From the human T2T-CHM13v2.0 reference genome, Homo sapiens: a stretch of 64,000 nt of DNA. The stretch lies in the NCBI RefSeq assembly GCF_009914755.1, contig NC_060927.1. One strand, given 5' to 3'. Each line of letters opens with the position of its first letter. Position 1 is the stretch's first letter. Made by a program: the position numbers and the translations under genes. Positions 20,982-36,349 of the stretch are shown piece by piece. Under the pieces are notes generated by a model. The model did no database searches and was not told the origin of the DNA. It saw nothing but the letters and a program-made list of their open reading frames with translations.

Positions 20982-22093
20982 TCTTTTTTTTAACTGATAG
21001 AGTCGATAATTTTATTTTCACATTTCACAATACAAATGAAAACTGCACTTTTTCTGGTCCCACTTCTCCCGTCTAATACTATTCTCTCTTTGATAGGAAG
21101 GAGGAGCAAGTCTTCTTTGTCATGCTATTAAGAAAATACCCAGAGTCACAGCACCATGATCTCCTTGTGAAGCAGAACAAGTAATATAAAACTGATCTAA
21201 AGAGGCCTCCCCTCTACTCTTATCTGTCTGGTCGAGTCATTTGGGTCCAAGTGGGCACCATTGTGGGAGGGTGGGAGGACTCATCACTGGGGGCCCAGGC
21301 ATCATTGGCATGTGGCCTCCTGTGTTAGTTTGTTCTCATGCTGCAAATAAAGACAACTTGAGACTGGATAATTTATAAAGGAAAGAGGTTTAATGGACTC
21401 ACAGTTCCACATGGCTAAGGAGTACTCACAATCATGGCGGAAGACAAAGGAAGAGCAAAGGGACATCTTACATGGCAGCAGGCAAGAGAGCGTGTGCAGG
21501 GGAAGTCCCCTTTATAAAACCATCAGATCTCATGAGACTTATTCACTATCGCGAGAACAGCATGAGAAAAACCCACCCCCATGATTCAATTACCTCCCAC
21601 CGTGTCCCTCCCATGTCATGTGAAGATTATTACAACTCAAGGTGAGATCTGAGTGGGGACACAGAGCCAAATGATATCACCTCCAATGGGCAGCCTCATT
21701 CCAGGAGCACATCCCATTGGCATCATCCAGGAGGAGGGGGGGGCCATCATTGGCATCATGGGAGGGCCCCCCAGCTGGGGTGCTGGCATCATACCTGGTG
21801 AGGAACAGGAAGAGACTGGGGGGAGGTTGGATCATCGCTCCTGCAGGAGGAGGAACAGAGAACAGAGTAGGAGGTGTTCTTCCTTGTTGAGATGCAGTCT
21901 TTGTTCTGTCAGCCAGGCTCCGAGCCTGCTCTTCTATCCATTTCTGGTAGTAGTCTTTCACATTCTCTTTGTGTTTCCTTCCACTGCAATGGTAGGTTCT
22001 CACAGATGGAGAGTCGTGGGTGAGGTATGTATTGCAGAAGTCACAACAAAACTTAGGCATGTTGCTCTGTAGCCCGTTAACCACTCTCTTCCC
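20982..22093 (-). pseudogene. Processed pseudogene of SNRPC (U1 snRNP protein C), interrupted by a THE1 LTR
   Basis: ATG at 22060: [41 protein letters not shown] (U1-C zinc finger); frameshift after PPPS; C-terminus MTRPDR* (TAA at 21220-21222); AATAAA at 21011-21016; poly(A) remnant; TSD tgattttgcttt at 20970 and 22094; no introns. The pseudogene number cannot be determined from sequence. Confidence 0.93.
21321..21679 (-). mobile_element. THE1-type MaLR solo LTR
   Basis: tgtgttagt...agagccaaatgatatca termini; exact 5-bp TSD cctcc at 21316 and 21680. Confidence 0.92.
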
Positions 22094-22189
22094 TGATTTT
22101 GCTTTGTTTTGATGTGACATTGAAGCACTGCACATGCGCAGAGCAGCTAATAGTTCTTCCCTCTTTGGATTGTTGGATGAAATTTTTTT

Positions 22190-22440
22190 GAATTTTATTT
22201 TTTATTGATACATAATAGATATATGTGTTTTGGGGGTACATATGATAATTTAATATATTTATATAACTTGTTAAGAACAAATCAGTGTAATTGGGACAGC
22301 CACCACCTTAAATACTTGTCCTTCCTTTTTGCTGGAAACATTTGTATTATTCTCTTAGCTATTTTGAAATATACAATAGGTTATTCTAAACTATAATCAC
22401 CCTAGTGATCTATGAAACACTACGTCTTATTTCTTCTATT
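22190..22440 (-). mobile_element. Old L1MA 3' fragment
   Basis: ttgggggtacatatgataat...ctagctattttgaaatatacaata-like motifs. Confidence 0.65.
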
Positions 22441-23621
22441 GGATTAAATGATTTAATACCTGCAATGCTCTTAGCATTGTGCCTGGCACATGATAAATAA
22501 ATATTAGCTGTCGTTATTCCGACCCAAAACAAGAACATTTTTTATTGTTACAGAAAAAATTGGACCATTGATTATGTTTCACCATTTAAGTGGCTATTGT
22601 TTGCATGCTTTCGACAGTTCTATCCCATGCCCTATACATTTACTTTCCCCCAGACCTCCCTCCCCTCCATCTTCAACCTATTACAACAGGGTGTAATAAT
22701 ATAGACGAACACTAGAGGGAAGCATGCAATTGCAATGAAGAAAATCGGCATCAGCACACTTGAAATTCAGACAAGAAGATAGAAGATGTCTAGTATCAAA
22801 GGAAAGTGAAATGTCTTCCTTTAATATAGTGTCTTGTAGTATTCTCCTATAGGAGGGAAGTATTATTACTCTATCGGATGAGTATTCCTACTGGAAGGAT
22901 AGCTGCGGCATTTTAAAAAATCCTGCCTGTATGTGCCTGCCATAAAGATGTCACATAACCATTTCCTCACGTGCTGTTCACTCCACACCCCAGCTCTCCT
23001 GAGAGCACTTAGCTTCTCCCGTGAGCCGGTTCCTCCGATGGGAGGCATTTGGAAGCCTACATTAGTATAGTGCTGCCTTACAACGCACTTTAATGTAATA
23101 TCTAGTCTCTGGGAGGCCCAGGAGTGCTTCAAATTCTAGGCTTCCCTGAGATGTCCAGTGCATTTCTGTTGAGGTGTATATGGGCTCACTCGGCCTGAGT
23201 CCCTCAGGGGCAGGGAACGTACCCCATCTTCACCTTTGCATCCCCAGCAGTTTGCAGTGCTGGGCATGCCCTAGAGAAGCTGGATAATGTCTGTTGGACT
23301 AAACTGCTTCATGAGCTGCAGACAGAAAAAGAGGGAAATTTATGCTCACTTTATGCCTGAGCAATGGGACTCTAAACTGCACCCCTAACCAGTGAATATT
23401 TTTCATTATTTTTCTGGATTATAAAAGTTCATGCTCATAATGTGAAAATCATGCAAAAAGAACATCTAAAATATTCATAATCCCATCCATCCAATATTAA
23501 CCTGGGGAATACTACAGATTCTTTTAACCTTATGTCAGAGTATAATATATAAATATATGTGTGTGTGTACATATATATAGTGTTTACATTTATGGCAGCA
23601 TGGAACACCTATCTTTTAAAA

Positions 23622-23952
<331 letters not shown>

Positions 23953-24516
23953 TAAGCTGTTTCTCAATTTTTGCTTTTTTTAAAGAGCAGTCTGGTGAAT
24001 ATTCGTGTAGCTAAGTGTAAGCCCACATTCTTTATTAGTGTCTTAGGATAAATTCCCAGAGGCAGAATTTCTGGGTGATGGGTAATTTACATTGTCACCA
24101 ACAGTGACAGTGCCCTTGATCAGATGAAGAGTTTTAATTAAACGTCACACCAGAACTCCATAATCTTGTCTCAGTCATGTCATCGCTGCTCAAAACATTT
24201 GGTGAACTCTGTTTGGTGATCCAGGCTATGACTCATATAAGAAAATAAATCTTAATCTCTCATCTTGCCTTTGATCTTTGACTGTTCAAGAAAATCTAAT
24301 TTACCACAAAAGGACAAAGACAGCAACCATGGCAGATTTTCATATAGGTGTGCCACCAGAGTCAGGAGGAGATAGGGAAATGCTTCCCAGACTGTTCTGA
24401 ATAGTGGCAAATCAGAGAATAATTCCTCTAAGTCTTTTTGGAAATTAGAATGGAACTTCCCTATCATCTGAAGACTCCTTATGGATTGAACAAGGAGGGC
24501 CCTCTTGACTGGTTTG

Positions 24517-24540
24517 TCTTTCTTTCTTTTTCTTTCTTTC

Positions 24541-24592
<52 letters not shown>

Positions 24593-24733
24593 TCCTTCTC
24601 TCCTTCCTTCTTTCCTTCCTTCCTTTCTTCCTTCCTTCCTTCCTATCTTCTTTCTCTTTCTCTCTCTCTCTCCCCCTGCTTCCTTTTCTTTTCTTTTCTC
24701 TTCTCTTTTTTCTTTCTCTTTTCTTTTCTTTCC
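24517..24733. repeat. (TTTC)n/(TTCC)n polypyrimidine microsatellite (expanded tail of an Alu monomer at about 24733-24834, minus strand)
   Basis: Directly visible; cttgactggttt flanks both ends. Confidence 0.9.
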
Positions 24734-25336
24734 AGGGTCTATGCTATGCTGCCTAGGCTGGTCTCAAATTTCTGGACTCAAGCAATCCTCCTGCCTTGGT
24801 TTCCCAAAGTGCTAGGATTACAGGCATGAGCCACCTTGACTGGTTTCTTCCTTAAAGGTTCCTAAGCTTCGCCTTTTTTTTTTTTATCTTAAAGATGGAC
24901 ACAGAGATCTAAACATTAAAACAATTTATTTATTGGAGTTTCCTCATAGAAGGGTAAGAGAGACAGTTGCACCTGACTGGGTGCTTAGTATTTCTATAGA
25001 GTGGCTTAAGCATGGCAACTGATTAATGAGAGGAGCAGGAGATGACTTGCATTGTTTTTACTAAGATAATATTTTGTTTTGTTTTGTTTTGTTTTTTTTG
25101 GAGAATGGCAGATTGGGTTTATTGAGGGAGGCGACTGAAAGGAACTCAAATCACCCCCTTGGTACTGCTATTTATATTACTGCATTGTGTGGAAATCCTT
25201 AGTGGCAAATAAAGCTTTGGGCTGATGTTTAAGGCCCTCTACAATATAATCTTAACGCGACTTTTCTAGCTTTAACTTCGCCTACTCTTACACAGACCTG
25301 AATGGATGCAGCACATCCTGTTGGCCCAGCTGCAAC

Positions 25337-26125
<789 letters not shown>

Positions 26126-27164
26126 CAGTCACCACCCTATTTGCTGTTTTTTGATGATGTTCCTTGCTCTTCATCTATTCAGTTCTTTAATACTTGCCTG
26201 GGGAACATCTAGTGTGCTCCTGGTCTGGGAAAGGGCCCTAAAATATAAAACGGAATCAGTCACAGGCCTTGCTCTTGAGGAGTTCTTGGTTTAAGAGAGA
26301 GAGAGAACAGACAGCTTAAAAAAAAAAAAAGTCAGTGTATCACAAGGTGAATGCTGTTCCAGAGAACCAGGAAGGAAGAACACAGGAGACAGGACAGCTG
26401 ATCTGGCTTGGGGTATCTGAGGAGGTTTTCTCAGGAGCGTCTTTTAAAGGATGAACAGGAAGTAGTTTACAGGAACAAGGTGGGAAAAGACCTTCTGGGC
26501 TGAGAGACTAGTCTGGGCAGAGACACAGAGTCGTGAAAGAACTCGGTATGTTTGTGAACTGTGGGAAGTTCAGGGAGACTGGAGCGGAGGGTGCCTTAGG
26601 AATGTGCTATAGAGGAGTCTGTCAAGACCTGGGTGCCTGCTACACTCCGAGAGGTCAGCGAACGGGCCCTCACTGGCTTCTTTTGCGTTGATGGCCTGGT
26701 CTGTATTTCTGCACTAGGTGGCCCTCTCATTGTCGCCATGACTGCTGGCCAGTGGACACCTGCAGGAATGGACTTGGGGTAGGCCTGAGGCCCCAGTCTG
26801 CTGGGGTGCTCCTGGGAAACTGAGTCTCGCCTCGCCTAGTCTCATGGTAATGTGCAAGGGTTGTTTTGCATCAGCTTCTTGCCACTGGGGCGAGCCAGCA
26901 AGCAGCCAGAGCTTCCAGCACAGCCGGAAGGGGCTGGGAGGGTGTATCCACTTCCCCACCCACTAGAAGAATGTGTCTACCTTTGCCTGGGAGCAGGCTG
27001 TGCAATCTCCTGCTCGTGTGTGTCTCTGTTTACTTTGCCATGAAACAATCCTGTGTGGGTCTGCTGGTGTCTTCCCTCCCATTGACCCCTATATCTCGTC
27101 GGGTAACCATGCATCTCCTGACTCAGGGAAAAGACAGTGACTTTTTAAATATTTATTAATTAAT

Positions 27165-27455
27165 TAATTAATTTTTTTTTTTTTTAGAGACAGGTTCTTG
27201 CTCTGTCACCCAGGCTGGAAGTTCAGTGGCATGATCATAGCTCACCGCAGCCTTGGACTCCTGGACACAGTGATCCTTCCACCTCCTGAGTAGCTGGGAC
27301 TATAGGCACACACCACTATGCCCAGTTACTTTTGTTTTGTAGAGACAGGGTCTCGCTATATTGCCCAGGCTGGTCTTGAACTCCTGGCCTCAAGTGATCC
27401 CTGCCTCAGCCTCCCAAAATGTTGGGATGACAGGTGGGAGCCACTGCACCCTGCT
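27165..27455 (-). mobile_element. Alu (AluJ-like)
   Basis: Flanking cagtgactttt(t)aaa duplication. Confidence 0.85.
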
Positions 27456-28616
27456 GAGACCAGTGACTTTTAAAGTCGACTAGTGGCTGTCCGAATCAAG
27501 TGGTCCCCTCTTTGGCAGTAGTTGGTAAGGAGTAGAAATCAAAGGATACACAGAGAAGATGCTAGGCAGAAGTAGTGAGGATTGGAGGAGAGCAGAGAGA
27601 AGCAGGGTGCTGGCAGCAGGAGAAGCAGACTGAATGTGGCTGAGTAACACCGATGTGCCAACACCAGCGGCTAGGAGATAGTGAGGCTTCAGACCCCAGT
27701 GGGGCCTGGTGAGATTTCCATTTCTGAACTACACTCCAGAGTGCCAGAAACCTGCTGGTGTGGCTGGTCCTGTGCTCCAGGAAGTGAAAATAGACACGCA
27801 CTTTCCTATTCCTGTACATATCCTAACACGGAGTAGCGTCAGCAGAGACACTGCCTGGCCATGCTACTTCCCACCATGTAAACTTGAGTAAGTAACTGAG
27901 CACTCTTTCTCAGGTTCCTCACTTGTAAACTGGGCTGTTACTGGTGTCTGCTTCATAGGGTTGTTTTGATGCTTGAATGAGTTAATGGGCATAAGATGTG
28001 GAGAAGGGCCTGCTGGTGCATATGAAGTACTCAGTAAGCAGGTAGCGGTCTGGGTCTGGGCAGGACACCCAAATTGGGTAACTGAGGAGAGGCTGAAAGA
28101 CTATTTACAAAAGTATAGGTCAGATGAAGGGACAAAGGATGGTGGAACACCATGGGCTATAACTGGCTGAGAAGTCTTTAGTACTCCTAGGCCTGATGAG
28201 GCGAAGGGAGGAAGTAGTTATCAGACACCCAGCAGCCTCAAAACAGGGTGACAGGGCAGGAACTGTGGGGGTCTGGACAAGAGTGCAGCTGGGCCAACCT
28301 GGCCCTACAGGGCAGGAGTGGAAAGCATGCATACTCTTAAGACTTCTCCCTAACTCTGATCTCCTGCCCATGATACCCAAAGGCCAATCTGATTGGAGGC
28401 CAAAGGATGAGGCTGTTAGGTGGTTACAAAACGCAGTGGTCAGCCTGCCAGGCCCAGAGCAGTTGGTGAGGCATGGAGCAGGGATCTAGGAGCCACTGCA
28501 GCCTCTCTAGCACAAATGTCGCCAATGTTGGCTGCAGTATTGTTATTACAATAGAGGCCTTTCACTTGAGGCCTTGACCGAGTTGCCATTCCTTGCAAAC
28601 AAAAGAGCCTTACAGA

Positions 28617-28917
28617 GGCCGGGCACGGTGGCTCATGCCCGAAATCCCAGCTCTTTTGGAGGCCGAGGTGGGTGGATCACATGAGGTCAGGAGTTCGAGA
28701 CCAGCCTGGCCAACATGGTGAGACCTCGTCTGTACTAAAAATACAAAAATTAGCCAGGCGTTGTCGCAGGCACCTGTAATCCCAGCTACTAGGGAAGCTG
28801 AGGCAGGAGAATCACTTGAACCCAGGAGGCGGAGGTTGCAGTGAGCTAATGCCACTGCACTCCAGCGTGGGCGACAAGAGCAAGGCTTCATCACCCCCCC
28901 GCCCCGAAAAAAAAAAG
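28617..28917 (+). mobile_element. Alu (AluS-like)
   Basis: Full Alu. Confidence 0.9.
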
Positions 28918-29529
28918 ACTAACAGAGAAGAGCAACGGGAGCTCTGCAGGGAGACCTAGGGGACCACGCCATTCCCGTGGTCATCATCAGGTACTCTGTT
29001 TACCAGCTCTACTCTGTTTACCAGTCTCCCGCACTAGCTGGGAAAAGCTCTCTGGGGCAGGGCAGAAGTCTTTTCCTCTTTATAACCAGAGTGTCCAGCA
29101 GAACCAGGGACTTGTCACTGAGGGCTCTGTTGAGGTTTAAGGAACCCCTAAGAACCTGCTGCTCCAGCAGATAGGAGAGGGAAGCACTTAGGGCCTTAGG
29201 GGAGAACGCTGAGTCAGGGAACAGTGTGTGCTGCTGTTGCGTGTGTGTGCTTGTGAACATTCACATTTTATACACGTCAGAGAGAAAGTTGAAGGCATTG
29301 CCTGTTTTGGGCTGAGGAGGCCAGGCCCCAGATGAGGCTTCTCCCTGGAGCCCCTCTTTTGTCAGCTCCCATTTGTGCCAGGCCCTGGGCTTCCCTGGAT
29401 CTCACAACTCATTGCAACCCTGTGGAGTTGGCAGCGTGCCTGTTTTATGGACAAGGACGCTGAGGCCAATGAATTCACAAAGGTAGCGGTAATTAGAAGT
29501 GTCTGAATTTGAGCCCAGATATGGCTTGA

Positions 29530-29834
<305 letters not shown>

Positions 29835-30231
29835 AGCCTGAGTTCTTAATCATTGAGCTAGTGTTTCCCAGTGGAGATACTGCAGGTCATCATTTGAATT
29901 TTTGTCACTTCTGTGTATTTCCTGTTTATCATTTACTTAACATTTTTCTCGAAATTGTCTTTTTTGGTACTTTAAACAAGTTTACTTGAAAAGGAAACTG
30001 TATCACTACCATAAATGGAGAGCTAGAATCACCTACTGTAAATAGAAGGTATCATAAATATAAACACAAAGGAATTCTTGGTCTCCAGCGTGGCCAACTC
30101 CAAATTCTAGAGCAGAATGATTTTGAAGTAACTCCATTCCTTTTAATTGCTTCGTTGCCTTGAGAGGCCTCTCTCTCCTCTATCTGTCTGGGCTCTAAGA
30201 TGTGTAAAATTGGATTTGATCAGATTGTAGC

Positions 30232-31012
30232 CAGAGGTGTGCTGGTAAATGTTTAACAACTGGTGCTCCAGAAATTAAATTTTTTTTTAACACATGCAAG
30301 TGTCAGATAAATCTTACTGATATAAAGGAATTGTAGCACCCAATGTACAAATAATAAGAAATTATACAGTATTCTAAACTGTAAATTCCATATAGCTTAT
30401 TGATTCCCTCAGAATGTTTTCATTGCTTTTTGCTGAACCGTTGTATCTGAACCTTGTATTTTGCTGAACCCTTGGCATATATTGTATGCCAACCTGTGGT
30501 TGATATTGACAAACAAGCAATTATGACATAAATGCTGGTTGGTACCAGTAAGATTAAAATGAAGAAGCCTTAACTTTCAGATGTTTGTCAAAATTTCACT
30601 GGTTCATCAGTGTCATCAATGATGTGAGTGACTTCTTTATTGATTTGGGCAGTAGTTTTTGACTGCTAGAAAAATATTTCTTCAACTTTTTTTCTATTTG
30701 CAATGTAATGGTTCCAAGTATGACATAATTCTAAGTTAAAGCTCTATTATTAACATTTTCGTCATCATTTTCTTAAGTCTAGACAACAACTAATAAATCA
30801 AGCCCCAATTTGTTGCTTTTGCCACTTTCTAAGTACTAAATACTGCTACTGTTAAATATATACTGTTAAATATAATACTGTTAAATATAACTTATTTAAT
30901 TATAAATCTAGAATTTAATTTTTAATAATAGCTGTGTTTATCAACTGGCTCTCAAGATTCCTAAACATTTGACTGTTGCAAGTTGGTATGTGCCGGCTCC
31001 TGTGTGCCACTG
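30232..31012. mobile_element. hAT-Tip100 DNA transposon (Zaphod/MER115-like)
   Basis: Ends cagaggtgtgctggtaaatgtttaacaac ... ccggctcctgtgtgccactg (degenerate terminal inverted repeats); 8-bp flanks attgtagc/attatggc. Confidence 0.6.
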
Positions 31013-31524
31013 ATTATGGCCCTTATCTTGAAACCAGGCAAGCTGCATATGTTCCCCTTGTGGAGTCACCATCCAGAATAATTTCTACTCTTTTTAGACA
31101 TAAACACGCCGCTGTGCTCTGCTCCAATAAAATAGCAAAGTTTTTCTCTCCTCGCACTTTCTCACCTCAGCTCCTACTTTCCTTCCCCGGACTCCGCTCC
31201 CTGGATATTCCTTGAACACACGAGACATGCACACCTCAGGGCCTTTGGACTTGTTATTTCCCCTGCCTAGAATGTTTTTCCTCCAATTAGCTGCATGTTT
31301 CATTCCCTCACCTCCGTCAAGCATTTGCTCAAATATCACTCTGTTTATAACTGCGATCCCTCCTCTCCCCTACTCCCCTACTGACCATCCCTTCTACCTG
31401 CTTTATTTTTCTCCATAGCATTGACTATCTTCAATGTATTATACTGTATAAAATCTTTGCATATATTTTGTTTATTGCCTTCTTCTCTCCATGACAATGT
31501 AAGCAACACAAAGGCTAGAGGTTT

Positions 31525-31838
31525 TTTGCTTGTTTGTTTTATTTTGTTTTGAAGACAGGGTCTCACTCTGTCACCCAGGCTGGAGTTGCAGTGGTGAAAT
31601 CTCAGCTCATTGCAACCTCCACCTCCTGGGTTCAAGCAATTCTTGTGCCTCAGCCTCCTGAGTAGCTGGGACTACAGGCTTGTACCACCACGCTTGGCTA
31701 ATTTTTTTTTGTAGTTTTAGTTGAGACTGGGTTTCACCATGTTGGCCAGTCTGGTCTCAAACTCCTGGCTTCAAGTGACCTGCCAGCCTTGGCCTGCCAG
31801 AATGCTGTGATTACAGGTATGAGCCACCATGCCCAGCC
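31525..31838 (-). mobile_element. Alu inside an L2 fragment (about 31160-31950)
   Basis: ggctagag...ttttt duplicated on both sides; L2 3' motifs acctcagggcctttg and aacagtacctggcatag. Confidence 0.82.
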
Positions 31839-32865
31839 AAGGGCTAGAGTTTTTGTACATTTTGCTGGATCCTTTGTGTATGGAACAGTACCTGGCATAG
31901 TGTAGGGAAGCAGTATGTATATATGTGTGTTGGATAAATGAATGAATATATAATATGTAATATATAATAGAAACATTCTTACATTGCCTCTGATGAAATG
32001 CTTATGTCTCTTTTAATCTATAGATTCTCCTTCTATCTCTTTTGCTTTCTTGAAATTATTTATTGAAGAACCCAGGTTCCCCATAGCAGAGTTTCCTATA
32101 GTCTCATTGCAGCCCAAGAATATAATCTGCTCAGATTCAGATTTGATTTTCCTTTTTACAAGACTGCTTCAAACCAACCAGGGAACTATTGGGGAAAAAA
32201 CCCTGATGGCTTCATAGTTGATGGTGGTGATGGGTACATCTATAACACAAAGGACAGTGTCTGTCTGTCATGTAAATTTATATATATATATACACACACA
32301 CACACATGCATGAGGCAGGGATCCAACTTCATTCTTTTGCATGTGAATATCCAGTTGTCCCATTTGTTGAAACAATTATTCTTTCTCCATTGAATTATCT
32401 TGACACTCTTGTCTAAAAAAGGGAAGATTTTAAATTAGATTTGTGTGACCAGATTTGCTTCTTTCATAACTTATTTTGGTGGAAACATTGAGAATTCTAG
32501 TCAACATCTATTCAGCTCCAGGGTAGAAAATCCATTCAAACTGGCTCAAGTTTGAATAACGGGGGCTCCTACTGCCTAGACTGTGGTCTTGAATCATTGT
32601 TTCACACTAAAGAAATCAAGGTTCCTTGAAGACATCGTTGATTACATGTTGAGTGCAGGAAAAGAACAAGATGAGCCTGGAACATCAGAGGCTATTTGTG
32701 ATCATGTCAAAAGCACTCAGGAACCAAGCTGAATATGCATTTGTCAGGCCAAGATGGAATGATATGAGTATCAACAAGGATAATAATGGCAATGAATTGA
32801 AATACATAAAAAAGTTAAAATCCATGAATTCATAATGATATTCTTTTTTTTAAGAGACATAATGA

Positions 32866-33163
<298 letters not shown>

Positions 33164-34123
33164 TGATATATTTTTAAAATGTTACTTCATTGGTTTTATT
33201 TTTGGAGGATGCTAGAAAACTACCTCATTGTTTTGAAAACTGATAAAGGAAAATAATCAGGCATTTATGTTATCTTTCCCTTGTAAAATGTACCTTACGG
33301 TAAACAAATAGTTGAAAAGAGGAAGTTTGTCACTATAGAAGTTTTCCAGTTCATAAAAAAGGAATGATTTGAAAGATCATTCTGTAATGCCTCACAAGTG
33401 AATATGAGCCATCAATGGCCGATAATATCACTAAAAGAGACAGACAGAGTTAGAGGAAGAGAGCAACAGCCATTGTCCTTTGTGTTATAGACATACACAT
33501 CACTACCATCACCTATGAAGCAGTCTTCTTTTTTTTTCCTCCCCAACAGTTCCCTGGTTGGTTTGAAGCAGTCTTATAAAAAGAAAAATCAAATCTGAAT
33601 CTGATAAAATGATATTCTGGGGTTGCAATGAGACTATAGGAAACTCTGCTATAGGAACCCTGGGTTTTTCAATAAATAACTTCAAGAAAGGAGAAGAGAT
33701 GGAGGGAGAATCTGTAGATTAAAAAAGACATAAGCATTTTATCAGTAGCAATGTAAGGATCTTATATATGTATCCCAGTTCAAACAGACTGTATATCAAC
33801 CAGAGAAATGTGACCTCTGACTGGATATTTGATTATATTAAAATTTATAATTTTTATAGATATAAAAACAGTATTGTGAGTATGTTTCAAAGTCCTAATC
33901 TTTAGATATTCTATACTGAAACATATACAGATGAAATGATATGATGCCTGGGATTTGATTCAAAGAAATCCACACGTGGATGTAGGTGAGGGTATAGATG
34001 CAGGACAGCTGGCCAAGAGTTGATAATGGTTGAAGTTGGTGATAACACATCGAATTCGTTATATTATTCTCCTTCCTTTTGAAAATTTACTAATAAAATG
34101 TTTTTTTAAAAGTTATACATCTT

Positions 34124-34442
<319 letters not shown>

Positions 34443-36349
34443 TCATAAAATTAAGCAAAATTAGAAGGAGGGAGAAACTTTGTGTGTTACTTTCTTCAAT
34501 TTTGGTGGTGGGAGTGAATAAATATGGTCTAAAATTGAAAAAAAAAGTGATAAGAAGAATTAATTGTGAAGGCACAGCAGGCTGTCTCCAAGATGCCTCA
34601 AAGCAGGAAATGGAGTGTTTCTGGGCTCCCTGGGGAGGGATTAGGACCTGGCAGGGTGGGCGGCAGTGGCTGCTCCCTCCACCCCTAGGGGCCTCTTGCT
34701 ATCAAGGCTTTTCCTTTGCTAGTGTGCTGACTTTCCAGGGCTGTGTGACTCTGGTGCACACCACTGACTGTCTTTGACTCTCTCAAGAGAATCTGACTGG
34801 TGGCTGCTCAGCCAATGAACCGCTGGCCTGGGTAAGGTCTTATCAGCTGTGGCCTGCATTACAAGTTTGTGGGTGTGTGAATTAGTGGGGGGTTTGCATG
34901 GGGTGTTCCAGGAACTATGGGCAGGGCAAATTCTCTAGAAGAAGTAGTTTTTATTGTGGACAGGGTTCGTCCTGAAATTTAGCTAGTATGAGGATGGGTT
35001 AAAGGATAGATTAGAATTAGGGACCAGACAAGACACTGCTGAACTTTGATATTCACTCGGCACGTTCTACGTGTCTGACCTTGTGTGGGTGTCAGGAACG
35101 CGGGAACAAAGGAAGTGTGAGAGAAGAATAGCCCTGAGAAGTGGATGGGAGGTGGACAAGGCTGGACTTAGGCATTGAGTGGATTGGTCTTGATCCAGGA
35201 GAGGCTGATCTCTTGGCACATCCTCCTAACTACCTCAGCCTTGCAAAAACCTACCCAACACCCAAGGCCCAATGCACGCGCTGCTTTCTCCCGGAAGCCT
35301 TTTCCAATCCTCTTTTGAACTCCATAGCAATTTGTACGTCCTTGTCTTAACTTGCTTTGCAAACATAGTTGATGTAGTTGTGGTTGCATATTTCATGCTA
35401 CTGTAAGTTGCCTCTTTGTTTGATGCTTTCAGACTTCTGCTAGACTGTAAAGTCCATATCTGAGTCACTTTTGCAGGCAGCAGGGCTGTTGGAAGGGCTA
35501 CATTCCTGAGTGTAAATCCCATTTTCACTGCTTACAAGCTGTGTGACTTTGGGCAAGTTACTTACCCTCTCTGAGCCCCCACCTTCTTGTTTGTTAATGG
35601 GAGTGATAATACCCACCTCAAGGTGTTTTGTTTTGAAAATTAAACCATATCAAGGATATAAAGTACAGGACCAAGCACAGGGCAGTTGATTGGTGTGTAT
35701 TGAATTGAGGAGGAATAACTCGGATCTTGAGGGATGAGCAGCATTAGCATAGTGGGCGAGATAAGGGAAAGGGAAGGGCATGCTCCAAGCTGTTCTCTTC
35801 AGTCCCTCCAGGGGAGGGGGCAGCGTGCGGGGCCACACTCTGGACAGGGCAGCTACTCCTCACATTGTCAGCAGAAGCCACTGCAGTTCTAGGACTCAGG
35901 CAGCCACACTCTTGTCCAGTGTAATGGAAACTGCCTTCTGAGCTGCATGCACCCTTACTTGATATCAATGTACCAGGGACTCGGATCTGTAACTAGAACA
36001 GCACTTACAGCTTGTCTCTCAGGGAAATGGTGTTGGATGGTCCTCAGGAATATTTCTTCCAGGTTTTCATGGAACCTAGAAAAACACCACAGCTTGCTAA
36101 GGTGTAAACCTCTCAGATGCCTGGGATGTTCTAGACTGAGCTGCAGCCAGTGCCTTTCTCCTGTTCAGGGCTGGATATGCACAGACGCCCTCACCAGGGC
36201 CTTCTAAACATAATTTGCTTCAACCCTTGCTTGTTGGCACAATTTTTTTCCCACCTCTCTCTATTTCAATAATGGCTGCTTCCTGACCATCTCTACTGCA
36301 TAAGTAAGTAATCTGCCCTGGAAACTTGTCTTTCTGATTACTTTGCCCC

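Noticed and set aside
30847-30889. tactgttaaatata x3 (also the decaying ctatag repeat at about 36537-36577)
   Set aside because: Ordinary slippage repeats inside old transposons; no spacers or functional context.
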